Assembly: GCA_937867305.1 (NCBI GenBank)
Contig: CALMKJ010000022.1
Location: 23,258-87,257 of the forward strand
DNA: 64,000 nt
DNA from: an uncultured Ectothiorhodospiraceae bacterium
GTDB lineage: Bacteria; Pseudomonadota; Gammaproteobacteria; JAABTG01
Direction of reading: 5' to 3'
Part shown: piece by piece, positions 8,478-19,686 of the stretch
Numbering within the stretch: the first letter of the stretch is position 1
Layout of the letters: each line of letters starts with the position of its first letter
Translations under genes and position numbers: made by a program
The notes under the pieces: generated by a model
Told to the model about the DNA's origin: nothing
The model's input: only the letters and a program-made list of their open reading frames with translations
Databases searched by the model: none

Positions 8478-8538
8478 CCGGGGAGGCCGCCGCGGCCCGG
8501 GCGCAACCGGGCCGCCGCCTCGGCCCGGCGCTCGGGGC

Positions 8539-11211
8539 TCAGTCCGCCAGCGCCCTCAGCACGTGTTCCCTCAGGCGCGCGCACGCGGGCGCCGCGAGGG
8601 GCTCGCCGCTGCGATCCGTGACGTAGAAGAGGTCCTCGACCCGTTCCCCGAAGGTCGCGATGCGGGCGCTGTGCAGGCTCACGCCGCCTTCGCTCAGGGC
8701 GACGGCGATCCGCGCCAGTACGCCCGGCCGGTCGGTGGCCGTCACCTCGACGACCGTGCGCCCGGCCACGTCGTCCCGGTACCGCACCTCGGTGGACACT
8801 GCGAAGTGCCGCAGGCGCCGGTGCGCCCTGCGGCTCACCGGCGCCGGTGGGCCGGAGATGGCAACGAGCTCCCGGCGCAGGGTGTCCGAGACCTCGCGCA
8901 GGCGCTCCGGGTCCGTGAGGGGCCCGCCGTTCTCGTCGAGCACGATGAACGTGTCCAGCACCGTGCCGTCGCGGGAGGTGACGATCCGGGCGTCCTGCAC
9001 GTCGAGGCCGAGCCGGTCCAACACCGTGGTCGCGGTCGCGAAGAGATAGTCCCGATCGCGGGTGAGGACGAAGACCTCGGTGCCGCCGCGCCGGCTCCGG
9101 GGGCTCACCTCCACCAGGGGAAAGTCCTCCGGCGAGTTGTAGATCACCGCTCGCGCGTGGCGCGCGATCTCCTCCGGCGAGTGGCGCAGGAAGTAGTCCT
9201 CCGGCAGCCCGTCCCAGAACCGCGCGACGCGCACGTCGGTGCGCCGGAGCTCGGTCAGCCGTCCCCAGGCCTCGTCCCTCGCCTCGGCGACGAGCTCGGC
9301 CTTGTCCACCGGGTTCTCGAGCCCACGGCGCAGGGCGCGCAGCGTGGCCTCGTAGAGCTCGAGGAGCAGCGCCGCCTTCCAGCCGTTCCAGACCCTGGGG
9401 CTGGTGCCGCGGATGTCCGCGACCGTGAGCACGTACAGGTAGTTCAGGTGGACCTCGTTGCCCACGATTCGCGCGAAACGGTCCACGACGACCGGGTCCG
9501 TGATGTCCTCGCGCCGGGCCGTGCTCGACATCGTCAGGTGGTGACGCACCAGCCAGGCCACCAGGCGGGCGTCGTGGGCGCTCAGGTCGTGGCGCAGGCA
9601 GAACTGCAGCGCGTCCGCCGCGCCGAGCTCGGAGTGGTCCCCCCCGCGCCCCTTGGCGATGTCGTGGAACAGCGCGGCGAGGTAGGCCAGCTCCGGCTTC
9701 GGCAGGGCGTTCATCGCCTCCACCGCCCGGGGTGTCTCCTCGGCTCCCCCGCCGGAAGCGAGGCGGCGGAGGTTGCGCACCACCGCGAGGGTGTGCTCGT
9801 CGACGGTGTAGACGTGGAAGAGGTCGTACTGCATCTGGCCCACGATGGCCCCGAACGCGGGGACGTAGCCTGCGAGCACCCCGTAGCGGTGCATGGCGCG
9901 CAGGGCGTGGGTCACGCCCCGTGGCTGGCGCAGGACCTCGAGGAACAGGCTGCGATTGCGGATGTCGGCGCGGAAGGCGTCGTTGATGAGGTGGCGGTGG
10001 TCGCGGATGAGACGGATGGTCGATGCGCGCACCCCCCGCAGGCCCGGGTTCTGCTGCAGGATCAGGAACACCTCCAGCAGCGCGAAGGGGTAGCGCTCGA
10101 AGACGCGCGCGGCGGTGGCCTCCACGTAGCCGTCCCGAGCACGGAAACGGGAGTTGATCGGCGTGGTCCCGCCCGGCTCGTCGGCGGTCAGGATGGCCTC
10201 CCGGAAGAGCTGCAGCAGCAGCTCCGCGAGGCGGTCGATCTCGCCGATCGCCCGGTAGTAGTCCTTCATGAAGCGCTCGACGCCGAGCTGGTGGCCGTCG
10301 TCGCGGTAGCCGAAGGACTGTGCGAGGGCCCGCTGATGGTCGAACAGCAGGCGGTCCTCGCGCCGGCCGGTCAGGTCGTGCAGGCCGAACCGCACGCGCC
10401 ACAGGAAGTCGCGCGCCTCGATGAGCGTCGCGTACTCGTTGCGGTGAAGGAACCCGGTCCGGACCAAATCGCCGAGGTCGTCCGCGCCGAAGTGCCGTTT
10501 CAGGACCCAGCCGATGAGCTGGACGTCCCGCAGGCCCCCGAGGCCCTCCTTCACGTTCGGTTCCAGGTTGTAGACGGCGTCGTCGAGCCTGGCGTGGCGT
10601 GCCTGCTGCTCGGCGAGCTTCGCGGCGAAGAACTCGGCGCTCGGCCAGATGCGCTCGCGACCCGTCGCCTCGCGCATCCCTTCGAAGAGCCCCGGCGAGC
10701 CGGCGAGGTGGCGCGACTCCATCAGGTTCGTGACCACCGTGAGGTCGGCGCGGGCCTCCCGCGCGCAGTCCTCCACGGTGCGCACGCTGTGCCCCACCTC
10801 CAGCCCGACGTCCCAGAGCAGGGTGAGGTAGCGCTCGACCTCGCGCGCGCAGCGCTCCTGGCACTCGGGCTCGATGACGACCATGACGTCGATGTCGGAG
10901 GACGGGAAGAGCTCGCGCCGCCCGTAGCCCCCCACGGCCACCAGCGCCGCCGACGCGGCGTGGGGACCCAGGACGTGGCCCCAGAGGCCCGTCAGGACCT
11001 GGTCCGTAAGGTCCGAGGTCTGGTGCAGCAGCTCGCCCACCGCGAGCCCGGCCTGGTAGTGGAGTTGGATCTCCCGGCGTGCGCCCCTCAGGGCCTCGCG
11101 CAGGCCGGCGGCGAGGCCGCCCTCCGGCAGCGCCGACGCGAGCGCCTGCACGTCGAGGAGGGGGGCGCCGATGGGGGTGTCGTCGTCGGGGGCGGGCCCG
11201 GCCTCGCTCAC
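8539..11211 (-). CDS. glnD: PII uridylyltransferase/uridylyl-removing enzyme
   Basis: AVGGYGR..LFPSSDID, EPNVKEGLGGLRD, HVYTVDEH, HDIAKG, C-terminal ACT domains; GTG overlaps the map stop. Confidence 0.97.
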   Translation of the reverse strand: MSEAGPAPDDDTPIGAPLLDVQALASALPEGGLAAGLREALRGARREIQLHYQAGLAVGELLHQTSDLTDQVLTGLWGHVLGPHAASAALVAVGGYGRRELFPSSDIDVMVVIEPECQERCAREVERYLTLLWDVGLEVGHSVRTVEDCAREARADLTVVTNLMESRHLAGSPGLFEGMREATGRERIWPSAEFFAAKLAEQQARHARLDDAVYNLEPNVKEGLGGLRDVQLIGWVLKRHFGADDLGDLVRTGFLHRNEYATLIEARDFLWRVRFGLHDLTGRREDRLLFDHQRALAQSFGYRDDGHQLGVERFMKDYYRAIGEIDRLAELLLQLFREAILTADEPGGTTPINSRFRARDGYVEATAARVFERYPFALLEVFLILQQNPGLRGVRASTIRLIRDHRHLINDAFRADIRNRSLFLEVLRQPRGVTHALRAMHRYGVLAGYVPAFGAIVGQMQYDLFHVYTVDEHTLAVVRNLRRLASGGGAEETPRAVEAMNALPKPELAYLAALFHDIAKGRGGDHSELGAADALQFCLRHDLSAHDARLVAWLVRHHLTMSSTARREDITDPVVVDRFARIVGNEVHLNYLYVLTVADIRGTSPRVWNGWKAALLLELYEATLRALRRGLENPVDKAELVAEARDEAWGRLTELRRTDVRVARFWDGLPEDYFLRHSPEEIARHARAVIYNSPEDFPLVEVSPRSRRGGTEVFVLTRDRDYLFATATTVLDRLGLDVQDARIVTSRDGTVLDTFIVLDENGGPLTDPERLREVSDTLRRELVAISGPPAPVSRRAHRRLRHFAVSTEVRYRDDVAGRTVVEVTATDRPGVLARIAVALSEGGVSLHSARIATFGERVEDLFYVTDRSGEPLAAPACARLREHVLRALAD

Positions 11212-11975
11212 AGGCTCTCGTCCGAGCGCAGCGTGAGTACCTCGCAGCCCTCGGGGGTGACCAGCACCGTGTGCTCCCACTGGGCCGAGAGGCTGTGGTC
11301 CTTGGTGACGACGGTCCAACCGTCGGGCAGCACCTTCACCTGGCGTTTGCCCGCGTTCAGCATGGGCTCGATCGTGAACGTCATGCCGGGCTGCAGGACG
11401 AGGGAGGTCTTCGGGTCGTCGTAGTGCAGCACCTGCGGGTCCTCGTGGAACTCCCGCCCGATCCCGTGCCCGCAGTACTCGCGCACGACGCTGCAGCCGT
11501 TCGCCTCCGCGTGGCGCTGGATCACCCGTCCGATGGTGCGCAGGGAGGCGCCGGCACGGACCTCGGCGAGGCCGAGGAGCAGGCACTCCCGGCTCACCTG
11601 GGAGACCCTGCGGGCCTGAACGGAGACCTCGCCGATGAGGAACATCTGGCTCGTGTCCCCGTAGTAGCCGTCCTTGATGACGGTCACGTCGATGTTGACG
11701 ATGTCCCCACCGCGCAGCACGCGATCACCGGGGATGCCGTGACAGACCTGCTGGTTCACCGAGGTGCAGATGGACTTCGGGAACCCGTGGTAGTTGAGCG
11801 GCGCCGGCACGGCGCCCTGCACCCTCACGATGTGGTCGTGGCAGACCCGGTCGAGCTCCTCCGTGGTGACGCCCGCCTGGACGTGGGGTGCCACGACCTC
11901 GAGCACCTCGGCGGCGAGGTGCCCGGCGACGCGCATCTTCTGGATCTCCTCGGGGGTCTTGATCGTGACGGCCAT
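11208..11975 (-). CDS. map: methionine aminopeptidase type I
   Basis: [46 protein letters not shown]. Confidence 0.98.
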   Translation of the reverse strand: MAVTIKTPEEIQKMRVAGHLAAEVLEVVAPHVQAGVTTEELDRVCHDHIVRVQGAVPAPLNYHGFPKSICTSVNQQVCHGIPGDRVLRGGDIVNIDVTVIKDGYYGDTSQMFLIGEVSVQARRVSQVSRECLLLGLAEVRAGASLRTIGRVIQRHAEANGCSVVREYCGHGIGREFHEDPQVLHYDDPKTSLVLQPGMTFTIEPMLNAGKRQVKVLPDGWTVVTKDHSLSAQWEHTVLVTPEGCEVLTLRSDESL

Positions 11976-12030
11976 GGGTCTGGGGTCTCGGGCCGGTGCG
12001 GCAGGCCGATTGTCGGTACAGGGGGCGCTA

Positions 12031-12039
12031 TGGTATAAA
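12031..12039 (+). promoter_or_regulatory. extended -10 promoter of rpsB-tsf
   Basis: TGGTATAAA followed by a GC-rich discriminator, as in gammaproteobacterial rpsB promoters. Confidence 0.7.
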
Positions 12040-12099
12040 CCGGCGCCCCGTAAAGGCAAACCGAGGCCCGGGCTCGGCATCGAGCGGCGGGCCGCAAGC

Positions 12100-12190
12100 G
12101 ACGCACACGTGCCGTCACACGCGCCGGGGTGCCCCGCGGCTCGAAGCCCGGGGTTGGCGCGCGGGGCGCGTGGAGGCTCAACCCGACCCG
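12100..12190 (+). ncRNA. rpsB 5' leader (t44-like autoregulatory RNA)
   Basis: CACAC...CACACGCGCCGGGGTGCCC...GGGGTTGGCGCG...GTGGAGG pattern typical of the S2 leader; boundaries approximate. Confidence 0.65.
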
Positions 12191-12204
12191 CGAGGACGAA
12201 TCCG

Positions 12205-13056
12205 ATGGCAGCAGTGACGATGCGTGACATGCTGGAGGCCGGCGTGCACTTCGGCCACCAGACCCGGTTCTGGAATCCCAAGATGGCGCCCTTCATCTTC
12301 GGCGACCGCAACCGGATCCACATCATCAATCTCGAGAAGTCCCTTCCCCTGTACCTCGATGCCGTGAACTTCTGCGGCCGCATGGCTGCGAACAACGGCA
12401 CGGTCCTGTTCGTCGGCACCAAGCGCTCTGCCCAGGACGCGGTGCGCGAGGCGGCGCAGCGCTGCGGCATGCCCTACGTGAACCGGCGCTGGCTCGGCGG
12501 CATGCTCACCAACTTCAAGACCGTCAAGCAGTCCATTGCCCGGCTGAAGGAGCTGGCGGCGATGATGGAAGACGGCAGCGTGGACCGCGTGAACAAGAAG
12601 GAAGGCCTGCTGCTGCGGCGCGAGCTGGAAAAGCTCGAGGCCAGCCTCGGCGGAATCAAGGATATGGGCGGGCTCCCCGACGCGCTCTTCGTGATCGACG
12701 TGGGCTTCGAGAAGATTGCCATCAGCGAGGCCGCCAAGCTCGGGATCCCTGTGGTGGGGGTGGTGGACACCAACAACAGCCCGGACGGCGTGGACTACGT
12801 CATCCCCGGCAATGACGACGCCATTCGCTCGATCCAGCTCTACGTGGGCGGCGTCGCCGACGCCATCATCGACGGGCGCGAGCGGGCCCAGGCCGTTCTG
12901 ACGGGCAAGCCCGAGGAGGCGGACGACGCCTCCGCACGGCGGCCGGCCCGGCGCCGCCCGGCGGCGCGCCCGCGCGGGCGTGGCGCGGCAGGAGACGCGG
13001 CGGAGTTGGATTCGACTGCCGAAGACCTGGCCGCGGAAGCCGGCGCAGAGGGTTGA
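12205..13056 (+). CDS. rpsB: 30S ribosomal protein S2
   Basis: [36 protein letters not shown]. Confidence 0.99.
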   Translation: MAAVTMRDMLEAGVHFGHQTRFWNPKMAPFIFGDRNRIHIINLEKSLPLYLDAVNFCGRMAANNGTVLFVGTKRSAQDAVREAAQRCGMPYVNRRWLGGMLTNFKTVKQSIARLKELAAMMEDGSVDRVNKKEGLLLRRELEKLEASLGGIKDMGGLPDALFVIDVGFEKIAISEAAKLGIPVVGVVDTNNSPDGVDYVIPGNDDAIRSIQLYVGGVADAIIDGRERAQAVLTGKPEEADDASARRPARRRPAARPRGRGAAGDAAELDSTAEDLAAEAGAEG

Positions 13057-13145
13057 CGGAGGCCCGGGGCCCCGAGGGGCCTGCCGGGTCGGATTCCACG
13101 TCCGCGGGAGGGTTCCCTCCCGCGCGGATAGCGAGGCCTATTCCT

Positions 13146-14030
13146 ATGGAAATCAACGCAGCACTCGTGCGCGAGCTGCGCGAGCGGACCGGCGCCGGCA
13201 TGATGGATTGCAAGAAGGCGCTGGTGGAGGCGGGGGGCGACATCGAGGTCGCCGTGGAGTTGATGCGCAAGTCCGGCGCGGCCAAGGCGGACAAGCGCGC
13301 CGGCCGTGTCGCGGCCGAGGGCGTGGTGACCCTCGAGACGTCGCCGGACGGTGCTGCCGTGGCGATGGCCGAGGTCAACAGCGAGACCGACTTCGTCGCC
13401 AAGGGCGACGAGTTCCAGACGTTTGCCCAGGAGGTGGCCGCCGCGGCGCTTGCGGCCGCGCCGACGGACGTGGACGCCCTGGGCGCGGTGGCGTTGCCGG
13501 GGCGCAACGGGCTGACCGTGGCGGAACGCCGGCGCGAGCTCATCGCCAAGATCGGCGAGAACATGAACGTGCGCCGCGTCTACCGGCGTGAGCGGGGGGC
13601 GGGGGTGCTCGGCGTCTACCGGCACGGAACCCGGATCGGGGTGGTCGTGCACCTGGAGGGCGGTGACGCCGCGCTCGCGAAGGACATCGCCATGCACGTG
13701 GCGGCCAGCCGCCCGGTGGCGATCGACGGCGCGGGGCTGCCGGCCGAGCTGCTCGCCAAGGAGCGGGAGATCTACCTCGCCCAGGCCCAGGAAAGCGGGA
13801 AGCCCGCGGACATCGTCCAGAAGATGGTCGAGGGGCGGGTCAAGAAGTTCATGCAGGAGGTGACGCTCCTCGGTCAGCCCTTCGTGAAGGACCCCGAGAC
13901 GACCGTCGCCCAGCTCCTGGCCAAGCACAAGGCGCGGGTGATCGCCTTCGAGCGTTTTGCCGTCGGGGAGGGCCTGGAGAAGAAGTCGGGCAACTTCGCG
14001 GAAGAGGTGATGGCCCAGGCGGGTCGCTGA
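13146..14030 (+). CDS. tsf: elongation factor Ts
   Basis: [27 protein letters not shown]. Confidence 0.99.
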   Translation: MEINAALVRELRERTGAGMMDCKKALVEAGGDIEVAVELMRKSGAAKADKRAGRVAAEGVVTLETSPDGAAVAMAEVNSETDFVAKGDEFQTFAQEVAAAALAAAPTDVDALGAVALPGRNGLTVAERRRELIAKIGENMNVRRVYRRERGAGVLGVYRHGTRIGVVVHLEGGDAALAKDIAMHVAASRPVAIDGAGLPAELLAKEREIYLAQAQESGKPADIVQKMVEGRVKKFMQEVTLLGQPFVKDPETTVAQLLAKHKARVIAFERFAVGEGLEKKSGNFAEEVMAQAGR

Positions 14031-14061
14031 CGCGGCCCGGCCCCTGCGAGGACGGAGCGTG

Positions 14062-14817
14062 ATGGAAGGGAAAATGGGGCAGGGGGCGGCTTCCACGGCC
14101 TATCGCCGGATTCTGGTCAAGCTGAGCGGCGAGGCGCTGATGGGTGAGGGGGAGTGGGGGATCGACCCGCTCGTCCTCGCCCGCGTCGCCAGCGCAGTAG
14201 GGGAGGTGCGGGCGGCGGGCGTGGAAGTGGCCCTGGTGATCGGCGGGGGCAACATCTTTCGGGGCGCGACGCTGGCGGCCTCGGGGCTCGACCGGGTCAC
14301 GAGCGACCACATGGGCATGCTGGCCACGGTCATCAACGCCCTCGCCCTGCAGGACGCACTCGAGCGTGCCGGCCTGTTCGTGCGCGTGATGTCCGCCATC
14401 CGGATCCAGGAGGTCTGCGAGGACTACATCCGGCGCCGGGCGGTACGCCACCTGGAAAAGGGGCGGGTCGTGGTCTTCGCCGCGGGGACCGGCAACCCGT
14501 TCTTCACCACCGATTCCGCGGCCGCCCTGCGTGCGGTCGAGGTGAACGCGGACCTCATGGTCAAGGCGACCAAGGTCGACGGCGTGTTCTCCGACGACCC
14601 GGTTCGCAATCCCTCGGCGCAGCGCTACGATTGGCTGGGATACGACGAGGTGATCGAGCGCAAGCTCAGGGTGATGGACGCCACCGCGGTCGTGCTCTGC
14701 CGTGACCACGGCCTGCCGCTGCGGGTGGTGGACATGAACCAGCCCGGTGTGCTGATGCGGGTCGTCTCCGGGGAGCCGGTCGGGACCCTGGTGAGCGCGA
14801 CACGCCCCGGCGCCTGA
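14062..14817 (+). CDS. pyrH: UMP kinase
   Basis: [25 protein letters not shown]; exact start uncertain (14059/14062/14074). Confidence 0.97.
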   Translation: MEGKMGQGAASTAYRRILVKLSGEALMGEGEWGIDPLVLARVASAVGEVRAAGVEVALVIGGGNIFRGATLAASGLDRVTSDHMGMLATVINALALQDALERAGLFVRVMSAIRIQEVCEDYIRRRAVRHLEKGRVVVFAAGTGNPFFTTDSAAALRAVEVNADLMVKATKVDGVFSDDPVRNPSAQRYDWLGYDEVIERKLRVMDATAVVLCRDHGLPLRVVDMNQPGVLMRVVSGEPVGTLVSATRPGA

Positions 14818-14835
14818 GTACGTGGAGACAAGTCC

Positions 14836-15396
14836 ATGACGATCAACGACGTCACCACTGACGCCAAGACCCGGATGGCCCGGAGCATCGACGCCCTGCG
14901 CCAGGAACTGAGCAAGGTCCGCACGGGGCGGGCACACCCGAGCCTGCTGGACCACGTCCGGGTCTCCTACTACGGATCCGACATGCCCCTCAACCAGGTG
15001 GCGAACGTGTCGGTGCAGGATGCCCGGACCCTGGGGGTCGCACCGTACGACAAGGGGATGGTCAGCGCGGTCGAGAAGGCCATCCGGGACTCGGACCTGG
15101 GACTGAACCCGGTCACCGCGGGGACACTCATCCGCGTTCCGTTGCCGGCCCTGACCGAGGAGCGTCGCCGGGACCTGATCAAGGTCGTCCGCCACGAGGC
15201 CGAGGCGGCTCGGGTCGCGGTGCGCAACGTCCGCCGGGAGGCAAACCACGCACTGAAGGAGCTGGTCAAGGAGAAGCTGGTCTCCGAGGACCAGGAGCGG
15301 CGGGCCGAGGAGGAGGTCCAGAAGCTGACCGACCGTTTCATCGTGGAGGTCGACAAGGTCCTGCAGGCGAAGGAAGCGGACCTGATGGAAATCTGA
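14836..15396 (+). CDS. frr: ribosome recycling factor
   Basis: [24 protein letters not shown]. Confidence 0.99.
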   Translation: MTINDVTTDAKTRMARSIDALRQELSKVRTGRAHPSLLDHVRVSYYGSDMPLNQVANVSVQDARTLGVAPYDKGMVSAVEKAIRDSDLGLNPVTAGTLIRVPLPALTEERRRDLIKVVRHEAEAARVAVRNVRREANHALKELVKEKLVSEDQERRAEEEVQKLTDRFIVEVDKVLQAKEADLMEI

Positions 15397-15410
15397 GGTC
15401 CGGTCCCGGC

Positions 15411-16178
15411 ATGCCAGTCGGCGAACAGACCGCCCGGCGCGAGAGGCGGGTTCCCAGGCACGTAGCCATCATCATGGACGGCAACGGCCGCTGGGCCGAG
15501 CGCCGTCACCTTCCCCGGTTCGCCGGCCACAAGGCCGGGGTGGACGCCCTGAGGGTCGCGGTCGAGAGCGCAGGCCGGCGCGGCGTGAAGGTCCTCACCG
15601 TCTTTGCCTTCAGCAGCGAGAACTGGCGCCGGCCCGAAGAGGAGGTTGGCCTGTTGATGGGGCTGTTCCTGACCGCGCTCGAGCAGCGGGTGCAGGAGCT
15701 CCACGAGAACAACGTCCGGGTGCGGGTCGTCGGTGACCGCACCGCGTTCAACGCCAGGCTCCAGCAGCGCATCGAGGAGGCGGAACGCCTGACCCGCGCG
15801 AACGACGGGCTGCAGCTGATCATCGCGGCCAATTACGGGGGACGCTGGGACGTGGTCCAGGCCGCGCGCCGGGTGGCCGAGGCGGTCCAATCCGGCACCC
15901 TCGCACCCGGGCAGGTCGACCTCGAGGTCTTCGCCTCCCACCTGTGCCTGCACGGCGTGCCGGAGCCGGACCTCTTCATCCGGACCGGGGGGGAGCGGCG
16001 GGTCAGCAACTTCCTGCTCTGGGACCTCGCCTACACGGAGCTCTATTTCACGGACACGCTCTGGCCCGACTTCGACGCCGAGGCACTCGACCAGGCCCTC
16101 GCCTCTTACGCGGCCCGCCAGAGACGGTTCGGGAAGACCGGGCAACAGGTCGAGCAGGGCGAAGGCGAGCACGGCTGA
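15411..16178 (+). CDS. uppS: undecaprenyl diphosphate synthase
   Basis: HVAIIMDGNGRWA, FSSENWRRP, IRTGGERRVSNFLLW. Confidence 0.98.
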   Translation: MPVGEQTARRERRVPRHVAIIMDGNGRWAERRHLPRFAGHKAGVDALRVAVESAGRRGVKVLTVFAFSSENWRRPEEEVGLLMGLFLTALEQRVQELHENNVRVRVVGDRTAFNARLQQRIEEAERLTRANDGLQLIIAANYGGRWDVVQAARRVAEAVQSGTLAPGQVDLEVFASHLCLHGVPEPDLFIRTGGERRVSNFLLWDLAYTELYFTDTLWPDFDAEALDQALASYAARQRRFGKTGQQVEQGEGEHG

Positions 16179-16274
16179 CGGCCGGTTCCCCCGTGCTCCA
16201 TGGCTTTTCCCACCCCGCCCCGAAGCACCCCTGGCTGGGGTGCCCCGGGCGATGGTTCTGACTCCGGAGGTACG

Positions 16275-17108
16275 GTGAGTGGTCTGAGACAGCGTGTCCT
16301 CACCGCCGTGGTCCTGGGGCTCGGTGCGCTCGCGGCCATCTTCTGGCTCCCGACCCCCGCATTCGGCGTCGTCACCGCGGGCGTCGTCCTCGCGGGCGGG
16401 TGGGAGTGGTCGCGGCTCGCCGGCTGGACCGACGCAGCCCACCGGCGGGTCTTCCTGCTCGTGCTCGCCGTGGTCCTCGCGGCGGCGGCAGTCCTGGTGC
16501 ACCGGGGTGGGCTCGCCCTCGTGCTGGTCGCCGGGGCCCTCTGGTGGCTCGCCGCCCTGGGGCTGGTGCTGCGCTACGAGCGGTCCGGCAGGGGGCTGCC
16601 GACCCCGGCGGGGCTGCGGCGCGCGCTGGCCGGGCACCTGACGCTCGTGCCGGCCTGGGCGGCCCTGGTGGCGTTGCACGCGCATGGGGATTGGGGGTCG
16701 GCGTGGGTGTTCTTCCTGGCCGCCCTGGTGTGGCTCGCGGACATCGGCGCCTATTTCGCGGGCCGGCGCTGGGGCCGCCGTCGCCTGGCCGTGCGGGTGA
16801 GCCCCGGGAAGAGCTGGGAAGGGGTCGCCGGCGGCACGTTGGCTGCGCTGGCGTGGACCCTCGTGGCCGCACTCGTGGCGGGGTTGCCGCCCACCCGGTG
16901 GCCCGCCCTGCTGCTCGTGGCGGTGGGTACCGTGGCCGCGTCGGTGCTCGGTGACCTGAGCGAGAGCCTGTTCAAGCGCGAGGCCCAGGTCAAGGACAGC
17001 GGCGACCTGTTGCCGGGGCACGGCGGCGTCCTCGACCGCATCGACAGCCTGACCGCGGCGGCGCCGGTCTTCCTGCTGCTCGGGCAGTGGGCCGGGGTAC
17101 TGCCGTGA
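16275..17108 (+). CDS. cdsA: phosphatidate cytidylyltransferase
   Basis: [45 protein letters not shown]; GGAGG RBS before GTG. Confidence 0.97.
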   Translation: MSGLRQRVLTAVVLGLGALAAIFWLPTPAFGVVTAGVVLAGGWEWSRLAGWTDAAHRRVFLLVLAVVLAAAAVLVHRGGLALVLVAGALWWLAALGLVLRYERSGRGLPTPAGLRRALAGHLTLVPAWAALVALHAHGDWGSAWVFFLAALVWLADIGAYFAGRRWGRRRLAVRVSPGKSWEGVAGGTLAALAWTLVAALVAGLPPTRWPALLLVAVGTVAASVLGDLSESLFKREAQVKDSGDLLPGHGGVLDRIDSLTAAAPVFLLLGQWAGVLP

Positions 17109-18295
17109 AGGGCGTCGCCATCCTCGGCGCGACGGGCACCATCGGGCTGAACACCCTGGACGTTCTCGCCCGTCACCCGGACCGTTTCCGCGTCGTGGCC
17201 CTCACGGCGAACACCGACGACGCCCGGCTCGCCGAGCAGTGCGAGCGCTGGAAGCCTGCCTTCGCGGTCATGGCCGACGCGGCCGCTGCCAGGCGCCTCG
17301 CGCGGCGGCTCCAGGCCTCGGCTCCAGAGGTCCGGGTGCTCTCGGGTGTCGCGGGGCTGGAGACCGTGGCGCAGCTGCCCGAGGTCTCCAGCGTGATGGC
17401 CGGGATCGTCGGTGCCGCGGCCTTGCTCCCGACGCTTGCCGCGGCGCGCGCGGGAAAGCGGGTGCTGCTCGCCAACAAGGAAGCGCTCGTGATGTCGGGT
17501 CGCCTGTTCCTGGACACCGCGCGGCGCCACGGCGCCGAGGTCCTGCCCATCGACAGCGAGCACAACGCCATCTTCCAGTGCATGCCGCGCGACTATGGCC
17601 GCGGGTTGGATTCCGTCGGCGTGCGCCGTATCCTCCTGACCGCGTCGGGGGGACCGTTTCGCACCCGCACGCTCGCGAGTCTCGATGCGGCGACGCCGGA
17701 AGAGGCCTGCGCCCACCCGAACTGGGTGATGGGGCGCAAGATCTCGGTCGACTCGGCCACCATGATGAACAAGGGCCTGGAGGTGCTCGAGGCCTGCTGG
17801 CTCTTCGACACCACACCCGACCGGGTGGAGGTCCTGGTGCATCCCCAGAGCGTCATTCACTCGATGGTCGAATACCAGGACGGCTCGGTGCTCGGGCAAC
17901 TCGGGAATCCCGACATGCGTACCCCCATCGCCCACGCGTTGGCCTGGCCCGAGCGCATCGGATCGGGCGTCGCCACGCTGGACCTGGTGTCCATCGGGCG
18001 GCTCGATTTCGAGCCCCCCGACCCGCACCGTTTCCCCTGTCTGCGGCTCGCCCGCGAGGTGGCCGAGGCGGGGGGCACGGCCCCCGCGATCCTCAACGCC
18101 GCCAACGAGGTCGCCGTGGAGGCGTTTCTCGGCCGCCGACTGCGCTTCACCGACATCCCGCGCGTCATCGAGGCGGCGCTGTCGGTCCTGCCGGCGCGTC
18201 CGGCCGAGGAGCTCGACGTGATCCTCGAGGACGACCGGCGGTCGCGCGAGGTCGCGCTCGATTTCGTGCGCCGGCTCGAGCCCGGGCACGCCTGA
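17105..18295 (+). CDS. dxr: 1-deoxy-D-xylulose-5-phosphate reductoisomerase
   Basis: [43 protein letters not shown]. Confidence 0.98.
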   Translation: MKGVAILGATGTIGLNTLDVLARHPDRFRVVALTANTDDARLAEQCERWKPAFAVMADAAAARRLARRLQASAPEVRVLSGVAGLETVAQLPEVSSVMAGIVGAAALLPTLAAARAGKRVLLANKEALVMSGRLFLDTARRHGAEVLPIDSEHNAIFQCMPRDYGRGLDSVGVRRILLTASGGPFRTRTLASLDAATPEEACAHPNWVMGRKISVDSATMMNKGLEVLEACWLFDTTPDRVEVLVHPQSVIHSMVEYQDGSVLGQLGNPDMRTPIAHALAWPERIGSGVATLDLVSIGRLDFEPPDPHRFPCLRLAREVAEAGGTAPAILNAANEVAVEAFLGRRLRFTDIPRVIEAALSVLPARPAEELDVILEDDRRSREVALDFVRRLEPGHA

Positions 18296-18298
18296 GCC

Positions 18299-19663
18299 AT
18301 GGAAGCGCTGTCCAGCCTCGTCTGGTTCCTGGTGGCCCTCGGCATCCTGATCACGGTGCACGAGGCCGGTCACTTCCTGGTGGCCAAGCGGCTGGGGGTG
18401 AAGGTGCTGCGCTTCTCCCTCGGTTTCGGCCGGCCTCTCTGGATGCGCCGGTACGGGCCGGACCGCACCGAGTACGTGGTGGCAGCCTTGCCGCTTGGTG
18501 GCTACGTCAAGATGCTGGACGAGCGGGAAGGGCCCGTGGCACCGGCGGAGCGGGGGCGGTCCTTCAACCGCCAGCCCCTGTGGGTGCGGTTCGCCGTCGT
18601 CGCCGCGGGACCGGCCGCCAACCTCGCCTTTGCCCTGTTCGCCTACTGGCTGATGTTCGTCGTGGGCGTGACGGGTCTGCGGCCTCTCGTGGGGTCGGTG
18701 GAGGTGGGCTCCCCGGCCGCGGGGGCCGGCCTCAAGGCGGGAGACGAGGTGCTGGCCGTCGCCGGTGAGCCGATCGTCACCTGGGACGGGGTGCTGCAAG
18801 GCCTCATCGACGCGGCGCTCGACGGAACGCCCGTCCTGTTGGAGGTCCGCGGTCGCGGGGGGGGCACGCGGGAGGTGGAGCTGGACCTCCGGGGGACCGA
18901 GCTCGAAGAACTCGCCGCCGGGTCGGTCCTGGAACATCTGGGGGTGCGGGCGGCACGCCAGGAGCTGGCCCCGGTGATCGGAAAGGTCGAGTCGGGTGGA
19001 GCCGCCGCCCGGGCCGGTCTGCGGCCCGGCGACCGGCTCACGAGCGCAGACGGCCAGCCGGTCGGGAACTGGCAGACCTGGGTCGAGTACGTCCGCTCCC
19101 ACGGGGGCCGTGACATCGTGCTCGAACTGGAGCGCGAGGGTGCCACCGTCACCCTCGAAGTGCGTCCCGACCTGGTCCAGGGAGCGCAGGGGCCGGTGGG
19201 CCGGGTCGGGGCCGCGGTGCAGGTCGACGAGGACGCCGAGGCCGGTGACTACGCGACCGAGCGGTACGGGCCCCTCGCAGCCCTCGGGCGGGCCGCCGGC
19301 AGGACCTGGGAGGTCTCGACGCTCACCCTGCGCATGATCGGCAAGATGCTGACCCTGCAGGTCTCGGTCGACAACCTGAGCGGCCCCATCAGCATCGCCC
19401 AGTACGCGGGACACTCGGCGCGCGGCGGGCTCTCGCGCTTCCTGGAGTTCCTCGGCGTCGTCAGCGTCAGCCTGGCGGTGCTGAACCTGCTCCCGATTCC
19501 GCTACTGGATGGGGGGCACCTGATGTATTATCTGGTTGAACTGATTAAGGGTAGGCCCGTGTCCGAGGAGGTTCAGATGATCGGTCAGCGGGTCGGGCTC
19601 GCCATGCTCATCGGGCTCATGGGTCTGGCGTTCATGAACGACCTGGCGCGCGTGCTGGGTTAG
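18299..19663 (+). CDS. rseP: RIP metalloprotease RseP
   Basis: HEAGH, two PDZ domains, NLLPIPLLDGG. Confidence 0.98.
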   Translation: MEALSSLVWFLVALGILITVHEAGHFLVAKRLGVKVLRFSLGFGRPLWMRRYGPDRTEYVVAALPLGGYVKMLDEREGPVAPAERGRSFNRQPLWVRFAVVAAGPAANLAFALFAYWLMFVVGVTGLRPLVGSVEVGSPAAGAGLKAGDEVLAVAGEPIVTWDGVLQGLIDAALDGTPVLLEVRGRGGGTREVELDLRGTELEELAAGSVLEHLGVRAARQELAPVIGKVESGGAAARAGLRPGDRLTSADGQPVGNWQTWVEYVRSHGGRDIVLELEREGATVTLEVRPDLVQGAQGPVGRVGAAVQVDEDAEAGDYATERYGPLAALGRAAGRTWEVSTLTLRMIGKMLTLQVSVDNLSGPISIAQYAGHSARGGLSRFLEFLGVVSVSLAVLNLLPIPLLDGGHLMYYLVELIKGRPVSEEVQMIGQRVGLAMLIGLMGLAFMNDLARVLG

Positions 19664-19686
19664 ACCGCGGTACCTCTGATCACGAT

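Noticed and set aside
12900-13056. Arg-rich then acidic C-terminal extension of S2
   Set aside because: Variable low-complexity S2 tails are common
13057-13125. GC-rich hairpins between rpsB and tsf (and at other gene ends) as a REP family
   Set aside because: No shared sequence between copies beyond GC richness; ordinary intergenic stem-loops
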